DNA of 64,000 nt from an uncultured Eubacteriales bacterium (GTDB taxonomy: Bacteria > Bacillota > Clostridia > Oscillospirales > Acutalibacteraceae): NCBI GenBank assembly GCA_934486915.1, contig CAKSRC010000003.1, forward strand, positions 2,208 to 66,207. Reading direction: 5' to 3'. Under the pieces are notes generated by a model that saw nothing but the letters and a program-made list of their open reading frames with translations, was not told the origin of the DNA and did no database searches. How positions within the stretch are numbered: position 1 is the first letter of the stretch; every line of letters starts with the position of its first letter. Position numbers and translations under genes: made by a program. Shown here one piece after another: positions 29,885-40,458 of this stretch.

Positions 29885-31924
29885 TCATTCGCTTGAAGCC
29901 GCTTTCTTTGCAAAATAGGCGTCCAATACATCTCTTGCTACATTCTTAGACCATTTTCCCGATGCTCCGTGCTCTATAACAACAGAAATTGCGATTTCCG
30001 GGTCTTTATAAGGAGCATAGCAAATAAACGTGGTATGATCTGACCCAACATTTTCGGCAGTACCTGTTTTTGCGGCTATTTCTATAGGATAAGAGCTAAA
30101 GTCTGTTGCAGTACCTGAAGTAACAACTGCCCTCATACCCTCTCTTACTATATTTAGATTTTTTTCGGAAATTCCCACATTTTCGATAAGTTCAGGATTA
30201 TTGGGATCATTTTGCATTATTAAATTTTTTCTCGTATAATCAGTAATTTTACTTATCAAATGAGTTTTATATCTATTGCCGCCATTTGCTATAATTCCCG
30301 TATAAACTGCAAGCTGGATAGGTGTAAACATATTGTCAGACTGACCAATTGCCGCCTGCGATGTATTACCATTATACCAAACTCCGCCCATTTCCTTGCT
30401 ATATTCCGGGCCCGCTAAAACACCCTTGCTTTCGTATACTTCAACCCCGGTCTTTGAGCCGAGCCCAAACCTTTTAGCATACAAGTCCAAAGTCTCTATA
30501 CCCACTCTTCTGCCAGTTTCTGCAAAGAAAACGTTGCATGATTTAGCAAGTGAATTTCTTAAAGCTGAGTTACCGTGAACTCCCATACATTTGATAACAA
30601 ACCCTGAATCAGCATAATAGGTGTATGCCCCAGAGCAGTTAATTGTCTCATCTTCGCGTATTACACCCTCTTCAAGCCCTGCACATGCTACAACGGGTTT
30701 ATATATAGAGCCGGGAGTAAACGCACCATTGAATGCCCTGTTTACAAGAGGGGTATAGGTTAAGTCAGTCACTATTTTATTATAATAATCGTTATCGTCT
30801 ATATATTTTTGTTGGTCGTATGTTGGATAGGTTCCTGCCGCTAAAACTGAAAAATCCTTAACGTTTAAAACTACCACTGCCCCGGATTTACAATCCCTCG
30901 CACTGCTTCGTTTTGCGCTTTCGACATTTTTGGCCAATGATTCGTTAGCCGCATTTTGAATATCTGAATCTATTGTGAGAAATACCGTATGTCCCGGGTC
31001 GGCATTTTGGGTCTCAACTGTATTTACAACTGAACCGTTTTCGTTCGCTTCAACTAATTTTCTGCCGGACGACCCCCTTAAATGATCCTCCATCGCAGCC
31101 TCTATGCCGCTTTTGCCTATAGTATCATCTAAACTATATCTATCTTTAAGTTTTTCATACTCTTCTTCGGACAATTTACCCACAAGACCTACTATATGAG
31201 GTGCCAATGTACCCTTAACATATTTTCTTATGGTTGAACCCTGTATTTCAACACCTTTCATTGATGACTGTGTTAATTCCGAAACTATCGAGACTGTCTC
31301 TTGGCTTATGCCGTCTGCAAAAGTATATATCTTGGTTTTGTATTGTTCATAACCATTTTTTGTCATATTATACCTAACACTGCAGATATTTTTTTGGTCT
31401 GCTTGGGAATAATCTCTGCAATCATATTTTTCTATCATTTTATCCATGCAGTTTTGTGCTGTGGCATAACTATTTAATTTTAATGTCTTTTTAAGTGCGG
31501 CTATATCATCATCTTTATCATTCATAAACTCATAAGAGCCGCTTGAAGATATAGAAATAGGAAGCTCATCTATCCACTTCTCATTCTTTAGCTTCATAAG
31601 GTTTATTAAATCCAATATAATTTTATTTTCAGACCCGTCATCCATATAAAGATGGTCGAAAACTATTTTATATCCTGTCTCGTTAATAGCAAGGCCCTGG
31701 CCGTTTACATCGAGTATTTCCCCTCTTTTAGCATCAGTTTTAACAACATAACTGCTGCTTGAGATAGCCTTTTCTTTGTAATATTCGCCGTTAATGATCT
31801 GCCAATCTACAAGACGTTGGACATAGATTACCATAGCAATCGCCAATACTCCTAAAAGTATAAACCATCTTGATGTTATTTTTTTAGTTTCTATATCAAT
31901 CACCGCCTTTAAATTACGCGTCAC
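29885..31924 (-). CDS. penicillin-binding protein 2 (class B transpeptidase)
   Basis: SIYK (SxxK), SCN (SxN), KTGTA; follows mreBCD. Confidence 0.9.
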   Translation of the reverse strand: MTRNLKAVIDIETKKITSRWFILLGVLAIAMVIYVQRLVDWQIINGEYYKEKAISSSSYVVKTDAKRGEILDVNGQGLAINETGYKIVFDHLYMDDGSENKIILDLINLMKLKNEKWIDELPISISSSGSYEFMNDKDDDIAALKKTLKLNSYATAQNCMDKMIEKYDCRDYSQADQKNICSVRYNMTKNGYEQYKTKIYTFADGISQETVSIVSELTQSSMKGVEIQGSTIRKYVKGTLAPHIVGLVGKLSEEEYEKLKDRYSLDDTIGKSGIEAAMEDHLRGSSGRKLVEANENGSVVNTVETQNADPGHTVFLTIDSDIQNAANESLAKNVESAKRSSARDCKSGAVVVLNVKDFSVLAAGTYPTYDQQKYIDDNDYYNKIVTDLTYTPLVNRAFNGAFTPGSIYKPVVACAGLEEGVIREDETINCSGAYTYYADSGFVIKCMGVHGNSALRNSLAKSCNVFFAETGRRVGIETLDLYAKRFGLGSKTGVEVYESKGVLAGPEYSKEMGGVWYNGNTSQAAIGQSDNMFTPIQLAVYTGIIANGGNRYKTHLISKITDYTRKNLIMQNDPNNPELIENVGISEKNLNIVREGMRAVVTSGTATDFSSYPIEIAAKTGTAENVGSDHTTFICYAPYKDPEIAISVVIEHGASGKWSKNVARDVLDAYFAKKAASSE

Positions 31925-32429
31925 GCTGCCTTATTTGTATTGCGATTGCCTTGTTGAAAAAGTAAAAAACAGGGCTTAAGACTAAAGTATAAATCATTCT
32001 TGATAAAAAGTGATTTACAAATACATATGCCATACCGTCATATCCCTTAAATACATAAGCAAAAAGATAATACATTCCATATGAAACTATGATAGCCGCA
32101 AGCGAGGCTATTAATGCAGTAATTAAGTTGGTTCTTAAAAAATTAACAGCCAAAAGACCTATCACATAGCCTATAATAGCAAATATAATTCCATAGAATC
32201 CTATAACATCCCAAAGCCCAATATCTGAAATTATCCCAATCAAAAGTCCAAAAAATAAACCAACTGTTTCATTTTCAAACATCGCTATAGTAACCAATAT
32301 AGGTAAAAGCAGCATCGGCCTTCCGCCAAGGACAGTTGGTATAAGCCCCGGAGTCTGCTGAACCACGAAAAACACAAAAATTTCGATCACATATGCAAGA
32401 AAGCGAAAATATTTATACTTGTCTTCCAT
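31914..32429 (-). CDS. mreD: rod shape-determining protein MreD
   Basis: 171-aa polytopic membrane protein in the mreBCD position; 11-nt overlap with the PBP2 gene. Confidence 0.8.
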   Translation of the reverse strand: MEDKYKYFRFLAYVIEIFVFFVVQQTPGLIPTVLGGRPMLLLPILVTIAMFENETVGLFFGLLIGIISDIGLWDVIGFYGIIFAIIGYVIGLLAVNFLRTNLITALIASLAAIIVSYGMYYLFAYVFKGYDGMAYVFVNHFLSRMIYTLVLSPVFYFFNKAIAIQIRQRDA

Positions 32430-32444
32430 TAACTCTTACCTCCA

Positions 32445-33341
32445 CTATTGGGCACTTGGTCCATTTTTAGTTTGCTCGAGCTGATCCTTTAGCGGACTCA
32501 CTGATACCTGAGCTTTACCTTGGAAGTCAGTTACGATAAACACATCTTTTACATTTAAAATATCTTCAAAAGGTTTTACTAAAGCATAAAGAGAGGCATC
32601 ATACTCATCATGAGTAATTTCCAAAACCTCGCCTATTTGAAGATTTTTAGGATAAATTCCACTAAGACCGGATGTAACCAAAATATCACCTGTTTTAATT
32701 CCGTTTTCTGAAAGTAGACAAGTCATTTTAGTAAGGTTTTTATCCGCAAGCGGCAATCCTCCCGTAATTACACCACTGTCACCTGTCGATATATTCGCAG
32801 CTCCGACTTTGGTATCCGGGGAAAGTATAGTCTTTACCTTGCATGAATTCGCCTCAACATGACTTACCCATCCTACAAGTCCATTTTCGGTTATTACCGG
32901 GTCATTTAAAAGCACTCCCGCAACAGAGCCTTCATCTAGTGTACAGCCATAAAAATTTTCATTAGAATCTCTTCCTATTACTGATGCAGGGACAAATTTT
33001 AAGCTTTGATCCTTTTGTTTTAAATCATAGTATTTTAAAAACTGTGCATTTTCCTTTTTTACATCATAATAATCGACAGTAATCGCTCTTAGATTTTGTA
33101 CTTGCTGCTTTAAATCGTCAACCTCGTTTTGGAGTTCGTCTACTGTTTTTTGATCCTCAAAGGTACTATTCGCACTATTTGAAATATTGGTAGTTATTTT
33201 TTGAAGCGGTGTCACTAAAAAGTCCAATCCCTTGGATAAAAAGGTATTGCCCCCGCTTGCAGTAAAAAGTAAAATCCCCGTAAAAATAAGGATTACGGCA
33301 ATAAGTGTCACAAAGCCCTTTGATTTAAAAAAATTACTCAA
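32445..33341 (-). CDS. mreC: rod shape-determining protein MreC
   Basis: TM anchor, coiled coil, then beta-barrel domains (VITENGLVG.V, ILVTSGLSGIYPK.L.IG). Confidence 0.9.
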   Translation of the reverse strand: MSNFFKSKGFVTLIAVILIFTGILLFTASGGNTFLSKGLDFLVTPLQKITTNISNSANSTFEDQKTVDELQNEVDDLKQQVQNLRAITVDYYDVKKENAQFLKYYDLKQKDQSLKFVPASVIGRDSNENFYGCTLDEGSVAGVLLNDPVITENGLVGWVSHVEANSCKVKTILSPDTKVGAANISTGDSGVITGGLPLADKNLTKMTCLLSENGIKTGDILVTSGLSGIYPKNLQIGEVLEITHDEYDASLYALVKPFEDILNVKDVFIVTDFQGKAQVSVSPLKDQLEQTKNGPSAQ

Positions 33342-33460
33342 ATATTATTTACCTCCTTTAACCTGATATCTTAAGGCTGCGTAAGAGATTATATCAAATA
33401 TTCTTAAATATATGTCTCTTAAGCTCTTATATAATATTTTCTAAACCTAAACCTATATAT

Positions 33461-33501
33461 AAAAAATTGCAGCCTGCTATCAAAAGTAATAGCAGCTGCA
33501 A
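33461..33501 (-). terminator. terminator/attenuator hairpin between mreB and mreC
   Basis: TTGCAGCTGCTAT / ATAGCAGGCTGCAA stem followed by TTTTTT on the minus strand. Confidence 0.6.
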
Positions 33502-33561
33502 CCTTTTGATTGCTTAAATTTACTTAAAAGTTGATTAAAACAATTATATATAAATATTTAA

Positions 33562-34575
<1,014 letters not shown>

Positions 34576-34845
34576 TTATTTTCCCCTTTCGTTCTTTCCA
34601 TGCATAAGCAATAAAGAAACATTCTTACTTGAATTTTAATACTAACTAATTAATTATAACCCTAAACATAAAAATTTTCAACTATTTTTTATTATCTTTC
34701 GTTTTATAGTGTATCCATATATTTACCATATAAAATTATGATTTGCTGTTAATATCCTTTTTATAAGTATCTGTATTTAATAATAGAATAATTATGATAT
34801 AATATACGTAAAATTATATAATAAATCTTAAAAAGGAGAATACAC

Positions 34846-35346
34846 ATGAGTTTTAAAGAAATAAATGCAAAAGAGCTTAATTTTAATCCATTTTCTTTGA
34901 TAGGAGATAAATGGATGCTTATAACCTGCGGCGATAAAGAAAAATACAACACTATGACAGCAAGCTGGGGATCTATTGGTGTAATGTGGAACAAGAATGT
35001 AGTGTTTTCATTTATAAGGCCTCAAAGATACACCTTTGAGTTTGTCGAAAAAAATGATTATTTTTCAATCTCTTTTTACCCAGATGAATACAAAAGTGCA
35101 CTTTCACTCTGCGGCAAAGTCTCAGGAAGAGATGTAGACAAAGCAAAGGAAGCAAACCTTACTCCCGTTTTTGATGAAAAAGCTCCATATTTTGAAGAGG
35201 CAAACATGGTATTGATTTGCAAAAAATTATATAACCAGAATCTTGAGCCTAGTTGCTTCTTAGACGAAAAACTTGAATCATTTTATCCTCAAAAGGACTA
35301 TCACAAGATGTTTATAGGTGAAATCGAAAAGGTATTGGTTAAATAA
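34846..35346 (+). CDS. flavin reductase-like domain protein
   Basis: 166 aa; pattern typical of flavoredoxin-like split-barrel proteins (LITCGDKEKYNTMTASWG). Confidence 0.7.
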   Translation: MSFKEINAKELNFNPFSLIGDKWMLITCGDKEKYNTMTASWGSIGVMWNKNVVFSFIRPQRYTFEFVEKNDYFSISFYPDEYKSALSLCGKVSGRDVDKAKEANLTPVFDEKAPYFEEANMVLICKKLYNQNLEPSCFLDEKLESFYPQKDYHKMFIGEIEKVLVK

Positions 35347-35349
35347 ATT

Positions 35350-36084
35350 ATGAGTAAAACTGTATTAATAACAGGCGCTTCCAGAGGTATCGGCCGAGAA
35401 AGTGCGATATTGTTTGCAAAAAACGGATATAATGTAGTCGCTAACTATAACTCCTCACAGAAAGATGCCCTAAGCTTAAAAGAAACATTAGATAATTTAG
35501 GCTGCAACTGCCTAATATACAAAGCAGATGTCTCAAATATAAATGAAGTATCTTCCATGGTAAATGATGCTTATGATAAGTTTGGGACGATTGATGTACT
35601 AATTAATAATGCAGGAATAGCACAACAAAAACTTTTCACTGATATTACCCAAGAAGATTTCAAAAAAATGTTTGATGTCAATATCTTGGGTGTATTCAAT
35701 TGCTGTCAATGTGTAGTTCCAAGCATGATTAGAAATAAAAATGGAGTTATACTTAACATTTCATCAATGTGGGGAGAGGTAGGTGCTTCTTGCGAAGTGC
35801 ACTACTCCGCCTCTAAAGCGGCGGTAATAGGTTTTACAAAGGCATTAGCTAAGGAATTAGGCCCATCAAATATAAATGTAAACTGCGTCTCGCCCGGAGT
35901 TATTGAAACCGACATGAACAGCAATTTAGACGAAGCTTCAATTGATGCTTTAAAGGACGAAACCCCACTTTTAAGAATAGGTAAACCACATGACATAGCA
36001 AATACTTTGCTTTTCTTGGCATCAAGCAAAGCCTCCTTTATAACAGGTCAAGTAATAGGGGTCAGCGGCGGTTTTATAATATAA
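35350..36084 (+). CDS. SDR family oxidoreductase (FabG-like)
   Basis: TGASRGIG, NNAG, YSASKAA. Confidence 0.9.
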   Translation: MSKTVLITGASRGIGRESAILFAKNGYNVVANYNSSQKDALSLKETLDNLGCNCLIYKADVSNINEVSSMVNDAYDKFGTIDVLINNAGIAQQKLFTDITQEDFKKMFDVNILGVFNCCQCVVPSMIRNKNGVILNISSMWGEVGASCEVHYSASKAAVIGFTKALAKELGPSNINVNCVSPGVIETDMNSNLDEASIDALKDETPLLRIGKPHDIANTLLFLASSKASFITGQVIGVSGGFII

Positions 36085-36148
36085 GAATAAAATAATCTAA
36101 TATAAGCATAATAATACTACAAATATATTGTTTAAGGGTGTGCTTTAT

Positions 36149-36613
36149 ATGATTAAATTAAAACCGTTATTGATAAATATTGCTATTCCCTTGCTTCTAA
36201 TAGGCGGACTAAGCGCATTATTTACCATGAGTTCAATGAACCTATATGAAACTATTAATACTCCCCCTCTTTCACCGCCGGGTTGGATTTTCCCAATAGT
36301 TTGGTCAATTTTGTTTATACTTATGGGTATTGCATCTTATATAATATGGGAAAGCAAAAGTCCAAACAGTAAGACAGCCTTTATTGTCTATGCAGCTCAA
36401 CTTATTGTGAACTTTATGTGGAGTATTGTATTTTTTAACATTAGAGCCTATTCATTTGCAGTCGTTGTTATAATAGCTCTTATAGTACTAATTTGCTTGA
36501 ATATATTTTATTTCGCAAAAATAAAAGGCAGTGCAGGACTATTGTTAATCCCATACCTATTATGGGTAGCATTTGCAACATACCTTAATATAGCTATAGC
36601 AATATTGAATTAA
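36149..36613 (+). CDS. TspO/MBR tryptophan-rich sensory protein
   Basis: Five TM segments; PPGWIFPIVWSILF, LLIPYLLWVAFATYLN. Confidence 0.85.
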   Translation: MIKLKPLLINIAIPLLLIGGLSALFTMSSMNLYETINTPPLSPPGWIFPIVWSILFILMGIASYIIWESKSPNSKTAFIVYAAQLIVNFMWSIVFFNIRAYSFAVVVIIALIVLICLNIFYFAKIKGSAGLLLIPYLLWVAFATYLNIAIAILN

Positions 36614-36751
36614 TATTATAAATCTACATTTTTAAAACTTTTCAACCTAAAACCATAAATTTAATTCCTTATTTTTTAAGCCTATCGCTTGCGCTGCGGT
36701 ACTAAATTTGATAGACTTAATATACTATAATTTAAATAAAGGGGTTTTAGG

Positions 36752-37294
36752 TTGAAAGTATTTTTAATTATATCTATTTCTATTATTCTTTTAATCCTCA
36801 TAGCGCTTATTTCCCTTTTTCTTTGGTTAAGGAATGGAGTCAAGGCTCTAAGCAAGGACTATCCATCAAACGAGAGGATAAAAGGAAATTCTTTAAAAAA
36901 GGCACTTGTGCTATACCAACCATCTCTGCACCAAACCGCAGAAACATTCGCAAATACTGTTGTAGATACCTTTTTGAATTTAGGATATAAGGTAACTGCT
37001 AACAACATCGATCAAGGATCTATGTATAACGTAAGTCAATATGATATCATAGCATTTGGTTCTCCCATTTATGTTGGCAATGTTTCGCCTAAATTTGAAA
37101 AATATGTTAAATCTCAAGATATTAAATGGAAAAAAGTCGTTCTATATTCAATTGGAACTATTAAAAACGAAAATTATGAACTTGACAATTTAGAGAATAT
37201 GCTAAGGCAACAAAATATAGTTTATAAAATAAAAGTACAACCTAACCCATCCGGTAAGCAAGAGTTGATCTCCTTTATTAAAAGCAGCATATAG
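36752..37294 (+). CDS. membrane-anchored flavodoxin-like protein
   Basis: TTG start after RBS AAAGGGG; N-terminal TM; ALVLYQPS...IIAFGSPIYVGNVSP. Confidence 0.65.
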   Translation: MKVFLIISISIILLILIALISLFLWLRNGVKALSKDYPSNERIKGNSLKKALVLYQPSLHQTAETFANTVVDTFLNLGYKVTANNIDQGSMYNVSQYDIIAFGSPIYVGNVSPKFEKYVKSQDIKWKKVVLYSIGTIKNENYELDNLENMLRQQNIVYKIKVQPNPSGKQELISFIKSSI

Positions 37295-37384
37295 CAAATT
37301 TTAAAAATAGGGTTTTATTGTAATTTTGACCCTATCTCCTTTATATAGATATTATATAAGATTTTATATAAAGGAGAATTTTTT

Positions 37385-37690
37385 ATGCTTCAATTAAAAG
37401 AAATGCTAAAAAGGCTAAAAAACCCAACTACAATCCTAAGTATACTCTCAGAAATAATTACCATTTTAATTCTCTTAAAGGTTGATGTTAATGTTGACCT
37501 TGTGACCGGCATTGTAACGGCAGTTTGTTCTATATTAGTTCTCTTAGGTATAATGTCAAACCCCACAACTGTTACTAAGGGTTATGGTGATGACATTCTC
37601 TACTGTAAAAATTGCCAAGAAAAAACAGAAAACGTATTAATAAACAATGAATTATGCTGTACTAAGTGCGGCCAAAAACATGAAGAATAA
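37385..37690 (+). CDS. small membrane protein: holin-like (phi LC3-type) N-terminus fused to C-terminal zinc ribbon
   Basis: 101 aa; LKNPTTILSIL...two TM...SNPTTVTKGYGDD, then CKNC...CTKCG. Confidence 0.55.
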   Translation: MLQLKEMLKRLKNPTTILSILSEIITILILLKVDVNVDLVTGIVTAVCSILVLLGIMSNPTTVTKGYGDDILYCKNCQEKTENVLINNELCCTKCGQKHEE

Positions 37691-37790
37691 ACTATAAATA
37701 TATTTCCAATATACAAGTATTACTTGACTAAAAAGCGTTTTTGTTGTAGTATTTAGTTATGGAAACTAAAAATAAAGAAGGTATTATCAA

Positions 37791-38432
37791 ATGAAAAGAA
37801 TGTATAATTGTATTATAAAACGTAGCTTAGACTTAATATTTGCAATTTTACTCCTTTTATTAGTATCCCCTTTACTCTTGATTTCTGCACTTGCAGTTAA
37901 ACTTTCATCTAGAGGTGATGCAATATTTAAGCAAGTAAGATTAGGGTATAAGGGAAAACCTTTTAAAATGTATAAATTCCGCAGTATGCGAACAGACACC
38001 CCTAAAAACTTAGCTACAAGAGATCTTGATAACCCGGATTACTACATAACAAAAGTAGGCAGATTTTTAAGAAACACAAGTCTTGATGAATTACCTCAAT
38101 TAATAAATATCATCAAGGGCGATATGAGCTTTATAGGTCCAAGACCTGTTGTTCTTCAAGAAGAAGAACTTGTCCAAAAAAGATTACAAAGCGGAATTGA
38201 CAAAGTCAGGCCGGGAATTTCAGGTTGGGCTCAAATACACGGCAGAGATAAAGTCTCCATAGACGAAAAAGTAAAGTTAGATAAGTACTATGTTGATAAT
38301 ATCAGTATTGGTTTAGATATTAAAATTTTCTTTAAAACCCTAGCTTATGTAGTTAAATCCAAAGATATTGTCGAAGGACCTATAAGACATGAAAGCGCTG
38401 TTTTGCATACAAAAACAAATATAGCAGATTAA
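37791..38432 (+). CDS. undecaprenyl-phosphate sugar phosphotransferase (bacterial sugar transferase family)
   Basis: KRSLDLIFAI...FKQVRLG..GKPF.MYKFRSM...DELPQLINIIKGDMSFIGPRP. Confidence 0.9.
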   Translation: MKRMYNCIIKRSLDLIFAILLLLLVSPLLLISALAVKLSSRGDAIFKQVRLGYKGKPFKMYKFRSMRTDTPKNLATRDLDNPDYYITKVGRFLRNTSLDELPQLINIIKGDMSFIGPRPVVLQEEELVQKRLQSGIDKVRPGISGWAQIHGRDKVSIDEKVKLDKYYVDNISIGLDIKIFFKTLAYVVKSKDIVEGPIRHESAVLHTKTNIAD

Positions 38433-38538
38433 AATACTATTTACCCTATTATTTTTAAGCCTATTATATAAAAGCTTTTAGTTATTAAGCTTTTTATAAT
38501 TGGCTTTTAATAGTTTATTTTAAAGGAGTGTTAAGACT

Positions 38539-39900
38539 ATGGAAAATAAATTTTCAAAAATTACGCCCGAAATTTTAAAGCTTACGGATTTATGTTATAA
38601 AAACAGTATTATCGATCCGGGCCTTTATTATAAATACGATGTTAAAAGAGGACTTCGTGATATAAATGGTAAAGGTGTATTGACAGGTCTCACTGAAATA
38701 GCAGAGGTTAAGGCCTATACAATCGAAGACAGCGAGATGATACCCTGTCAAGGAAAACTTTTCTATAGGGGATATGACCTGGATGACCTTGTCCATGGTT
38801 TTATTTCCGAAAATAGATTTGGTTTTGAAGAAATTACCTACCTTTTGCTTTTTGGTGACTTGCCGTCAAGGGAAGAACTTAACGAATTCAATGAAACTTT
38901 ATCAAGTTATCGTTCTTTACCTACAAGCTTTGTACGAGACATTATAATGAAAGCTCCAAGCCAAGACATGATGAATACCCTGGCAAGAAGTGTATTGACA
39001 TTGTATTCATACGACGAAAAAGCCGATGATATATCTATTCCCAATGTTTTAAGGCAATGTTTGCAGCTTATTGCTCTTTTCCCTATGCTTTCAGTATATG
39101 GATATCAAACTTACGAGCATTACCATAAAGGAAAAAGCTTATTTATTCACCCGCCACAAAAAGAACTTTCGACTGCGGAAAATATTCTTTATATCCTAAG
39201 GCCGGACAGCAAATACACTGAACTTGAGGCTCGTATATTAGATATTGCCTTGGTTCTCCACGCTGAGCACGGAGGAGGAAATAACTCAACCTTTACAACC
39301 CACGTTGTCTCATCATCGGGAACCGACACCTATTCCGCAATAGCAGCTTCTTTAGGTTCTTTAAAAGGTCCTAAACACGGCGGCGCTAACATAAAAGTTA
39401 TACAAATGTTTGAGAATATAAAAGAGAATATCAAAGACTGGGAAGATGAAGATGAAATAGCTTCTTACCTTTCCGATATGTTAAATAAAAAAGTTTTTGA
39501 CAAATCAGGTCTTATATACGGTATGGGTCATGCAGTGTATTCACTCTCAGACCCTAGAGCCAACATATTAAAAGGTTTTGTTGAAAAACTTTCCAAAGAA
39601 AAAAATAAAACAAAGGAATTTAAACTTTACTCTTTAATAGAATGTTTAGCCCCTGCTGTTATTGCGAAGGAAAGGCGTATATATAAAGGTGTCAGCGCTA
39701 ATGTCGACTTTTATAGTGGATTCGTTTATGATATGCTGGGTCTTCCAAGAGAATTGTATACTCCAATATTTGCCATATCACGTATTTCAGGATGGAGTGC
39801 ACATAGGATAGAAGAACTAATAAATGAGGGCAAAATTATACGTCCTGCATATAAGAGCATTGCTAAACATAAAAGTTATAAAAAATTTGAAGAAAGATAA
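38539..39900 (+). CDS. citrate synthase
   Basis: 453 aa; HAEHGGGNNSTF, GPKHGGAN, GMGHAVY, NVDFYSG. Confidence 0.9.
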   Translation: MENKFSKITPEILKLTDLCYKNSIIDPGLYYKYDVKRGLRDINGKGVLTGLTEIAEVKAYTIEDSEMIPCQGKLFYRGYDLDDLVHGFISENRFGFEEITYLLLFGDLPSREELNEFNETLSSYRSLPTSFVRDIIMKAPSQDMMNTLARSVLTLYSYDEKADDISIPNVLRQCLQLIALFPMLSVYGYQTYEHYHKGKSLFIHPPQKELSTAENILYILRPDSKYTELEARILDIALVLHAEHGGGNNSTFTTHVVSSSGTDTYSAIAASLGSLKGPKHGGANIKVIQMFENIKENIKDWEDEDEIASYLSDMLNKKVFDKSGLIYGMGHAVYSLSDPRANILKGFVEKLSKEKNKTKEFKLYSLIECLAPAVIAKERRIYKGVSANVDFYSGFVYDMLGLPRELYTPIFAISRISGWSAHRIEELINEGKIIRPAYKSIAKHKSYKKFEER

Positions 39901-39972
39901 TTTCAAAATTTTCTTCGTTTAATTATTATCGTTTTGCTTATAATAACTCTTGTCGCAAGAAAGGAGTATGTT

Positions 39973-40179
39973 ATGCCAAACGATAATTTTTTTAATAGAT
40001 TTTTAAAAGGTAATAAAAGCAAAGACAAGGATGCCATAAAATCCGATATAGATGTATATGATTTAGCCTCTACCTTGAGAAATGAGGGAAAAGGATATAT
40101 AAACTCAGACGTAAATGGCAGTTATACGGGGATAACAAATGATAATGAAAAACCCATACAAGATGCTGATGATCTTTAA
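39973..40179 (+). CDS. small hypothetical protein (68 aa)
   Basis: ATG 39973 preceded by RBS AAGGAG; MPNDNFFNRFLKGNK...PIQDADDL. No family recognised. Confidence 0.5.
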   Translation: MPNDNFFNRFLKGNKSKDKDAIKSDIDVYDLASTLRNEGKGYINSDVNGSYTGITNDNEKPIQDADDL

Positions 40180-40200
40180 AAAATATTATTTCACTTATAA

Positions 40201-40372
40201 ATTATAACTCAGATTTTCCCGCCTCTTAGGCGGCGGAATTCATTACATGGTTTGAGTGCAAAATTAGATCCCCACTGAAATTCTTAGGAGCTAACGCTCT
40301 TCTTGCACTGACTGCAATCCGTCGCGACCTCTGCTTCTTGCAAGCAAAGCAGAACGTTGCTCCGATTTAAAT
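40201..40372 (-). repeat. structured dispersed element, copy B (minus strand; long variant with 5' hairpin)
   Basis: Reverse complement reads ATTTAAATCGGAGCAACGTTCTGCTTTGCTTGCAAGAAGCAGAGGTCGCGACGGATTGCAGTCAGTGCAAGAAGAGCGTTAGCTCCTAAG..TTTCAGTGGGG...CCGCCGCCTAAGAGGCGGG..ATCTGAGTTATAAT. It is collinear with copies A and C-E. Confidence 0.85.
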
Positions 40373-40405
40373 AAATATTAAAGCTGTATAATATTTGACA
40401 TCTAT

Positions 40406-40437
40406 AAAAATTTAGCCACCATATTATATATGGTGGC
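40406..40437 (-). terminator. rho-independent terminator after clpC
   Basis: GCCACCAT / ATGGTGGC stem followed by TAAATTTTT on the minus strand. Confidence 0.75.
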
Positions 40438-40458
40438 CTCTTGTTTTTCAACAAGTAT

